A stretch of DNA of 64,000 nucleotides from Haplodiscus bocki (taxonomy: Eukaryota). Under the pieces are notes generated by a model. It was not told the DNA's origin and searched no databases. It saw only the letters and a list, made by a program, of their open reading frames with translations. Where the stretch lies: contig OZ296650.1 in NCBI GenBank assembly GCA_965655095.1, positions 9,424,001 to 9,488,000 of the forward strand, given 5' to 3'. The position numbers and the translations under genes were made by a program. This document shows positions 63,698 through 64,000 of the stretch, piece by piece; the stretch's first letter is position 1; each line of letters begins with the position of its first letter.

Positions 63698-64000
63698 CCC
63701 GAGTTGACAACCATGATCAAACATGTCAATCATGTTATGTCATGGGGCAAGAACAGGGTATTTCATAATCATTAAGACATGATCAAGCCTTTTTTGTGTT
63801 TGTCATGTCAGGTTTGTCATGGAAAATGCCATGATCATACCATTGTCATCATGCATAATAACATGATCATGTTATGGTTACTATGATCATTTTTGTAATG
63901 TATTCCGGATGTTAATTGTTCAACCAATTTTGTTGATTAGTACTCAGGTGGCAGTCCGTTACTTTTTAACGAGGAAAATGCTGAATCAAAAGTAAACCAT
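63698..64000 (+). mobile_element. Copy of the CCCGGG/CATG MITE running off the window end
   Basis: CCCGAGTTGACAACCATG start and CAGGTGGCAGTCCGTTACTTTTTAA core. Confidence 0.75.

Noticed and set aside
1-64000. Assigning the host species (the repeats reminded me of acoel worm genomes)
   Set aside because: Recollection only; no marker gene in the window supports it.

Overview
AT-rich, repeat-dense eukaryotic (probably invertebrate animal) genomic DNA with a 200-N gap at 10368-10567. The main feature is a complete but decayed 18.3-kb Polinton/Maverick (adintovirus-like) endogenous virus at 20402-38673. It has ~290-bp terminal inverted repeats (AGTAAT...ACTACT) and a perfect 6-bp target-site duplication (CACAAA). 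It carries pseudogenes for protein-primed PolB (with an endonuclease VII insert), RVE integrase, A32-type packaging ATPase, adenain protease, double-jelly-roll major capsid, two tandem penton paralogues, and about ten core or accessory genes. Its most unusual property is that 13 gene starts read exactly TAA-ATG (TAAATG, the poxvirus late-initiator sequence, with an anti-Kozak T at -3) and two more are single-base decays of it. It also has a dispersed ~115-170-bp intergenic module, including an inverted pair that brackets an HTH gene, and a gene resembling giant-virus hypothetical proteins. Together these suggest, by inference only, an animal Polinton adapted to a pox/NCLDV-type transcription machinery (virophage-like lifestyle). 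The flanks contain two solo LTRs with 5-bp TSDs whose internal ORFs run to the LTR 3' end, a CCCGGG-terminated MITE family with 2-bp TSDs, a second TIR family, a decayed Ty3/Gypsy pol, a tRNA-derived SINE-like head, tandem repeats and one probable host CDS (46887-48236, minus). All homology calls come from motif recognition by eye; no database searches were run.
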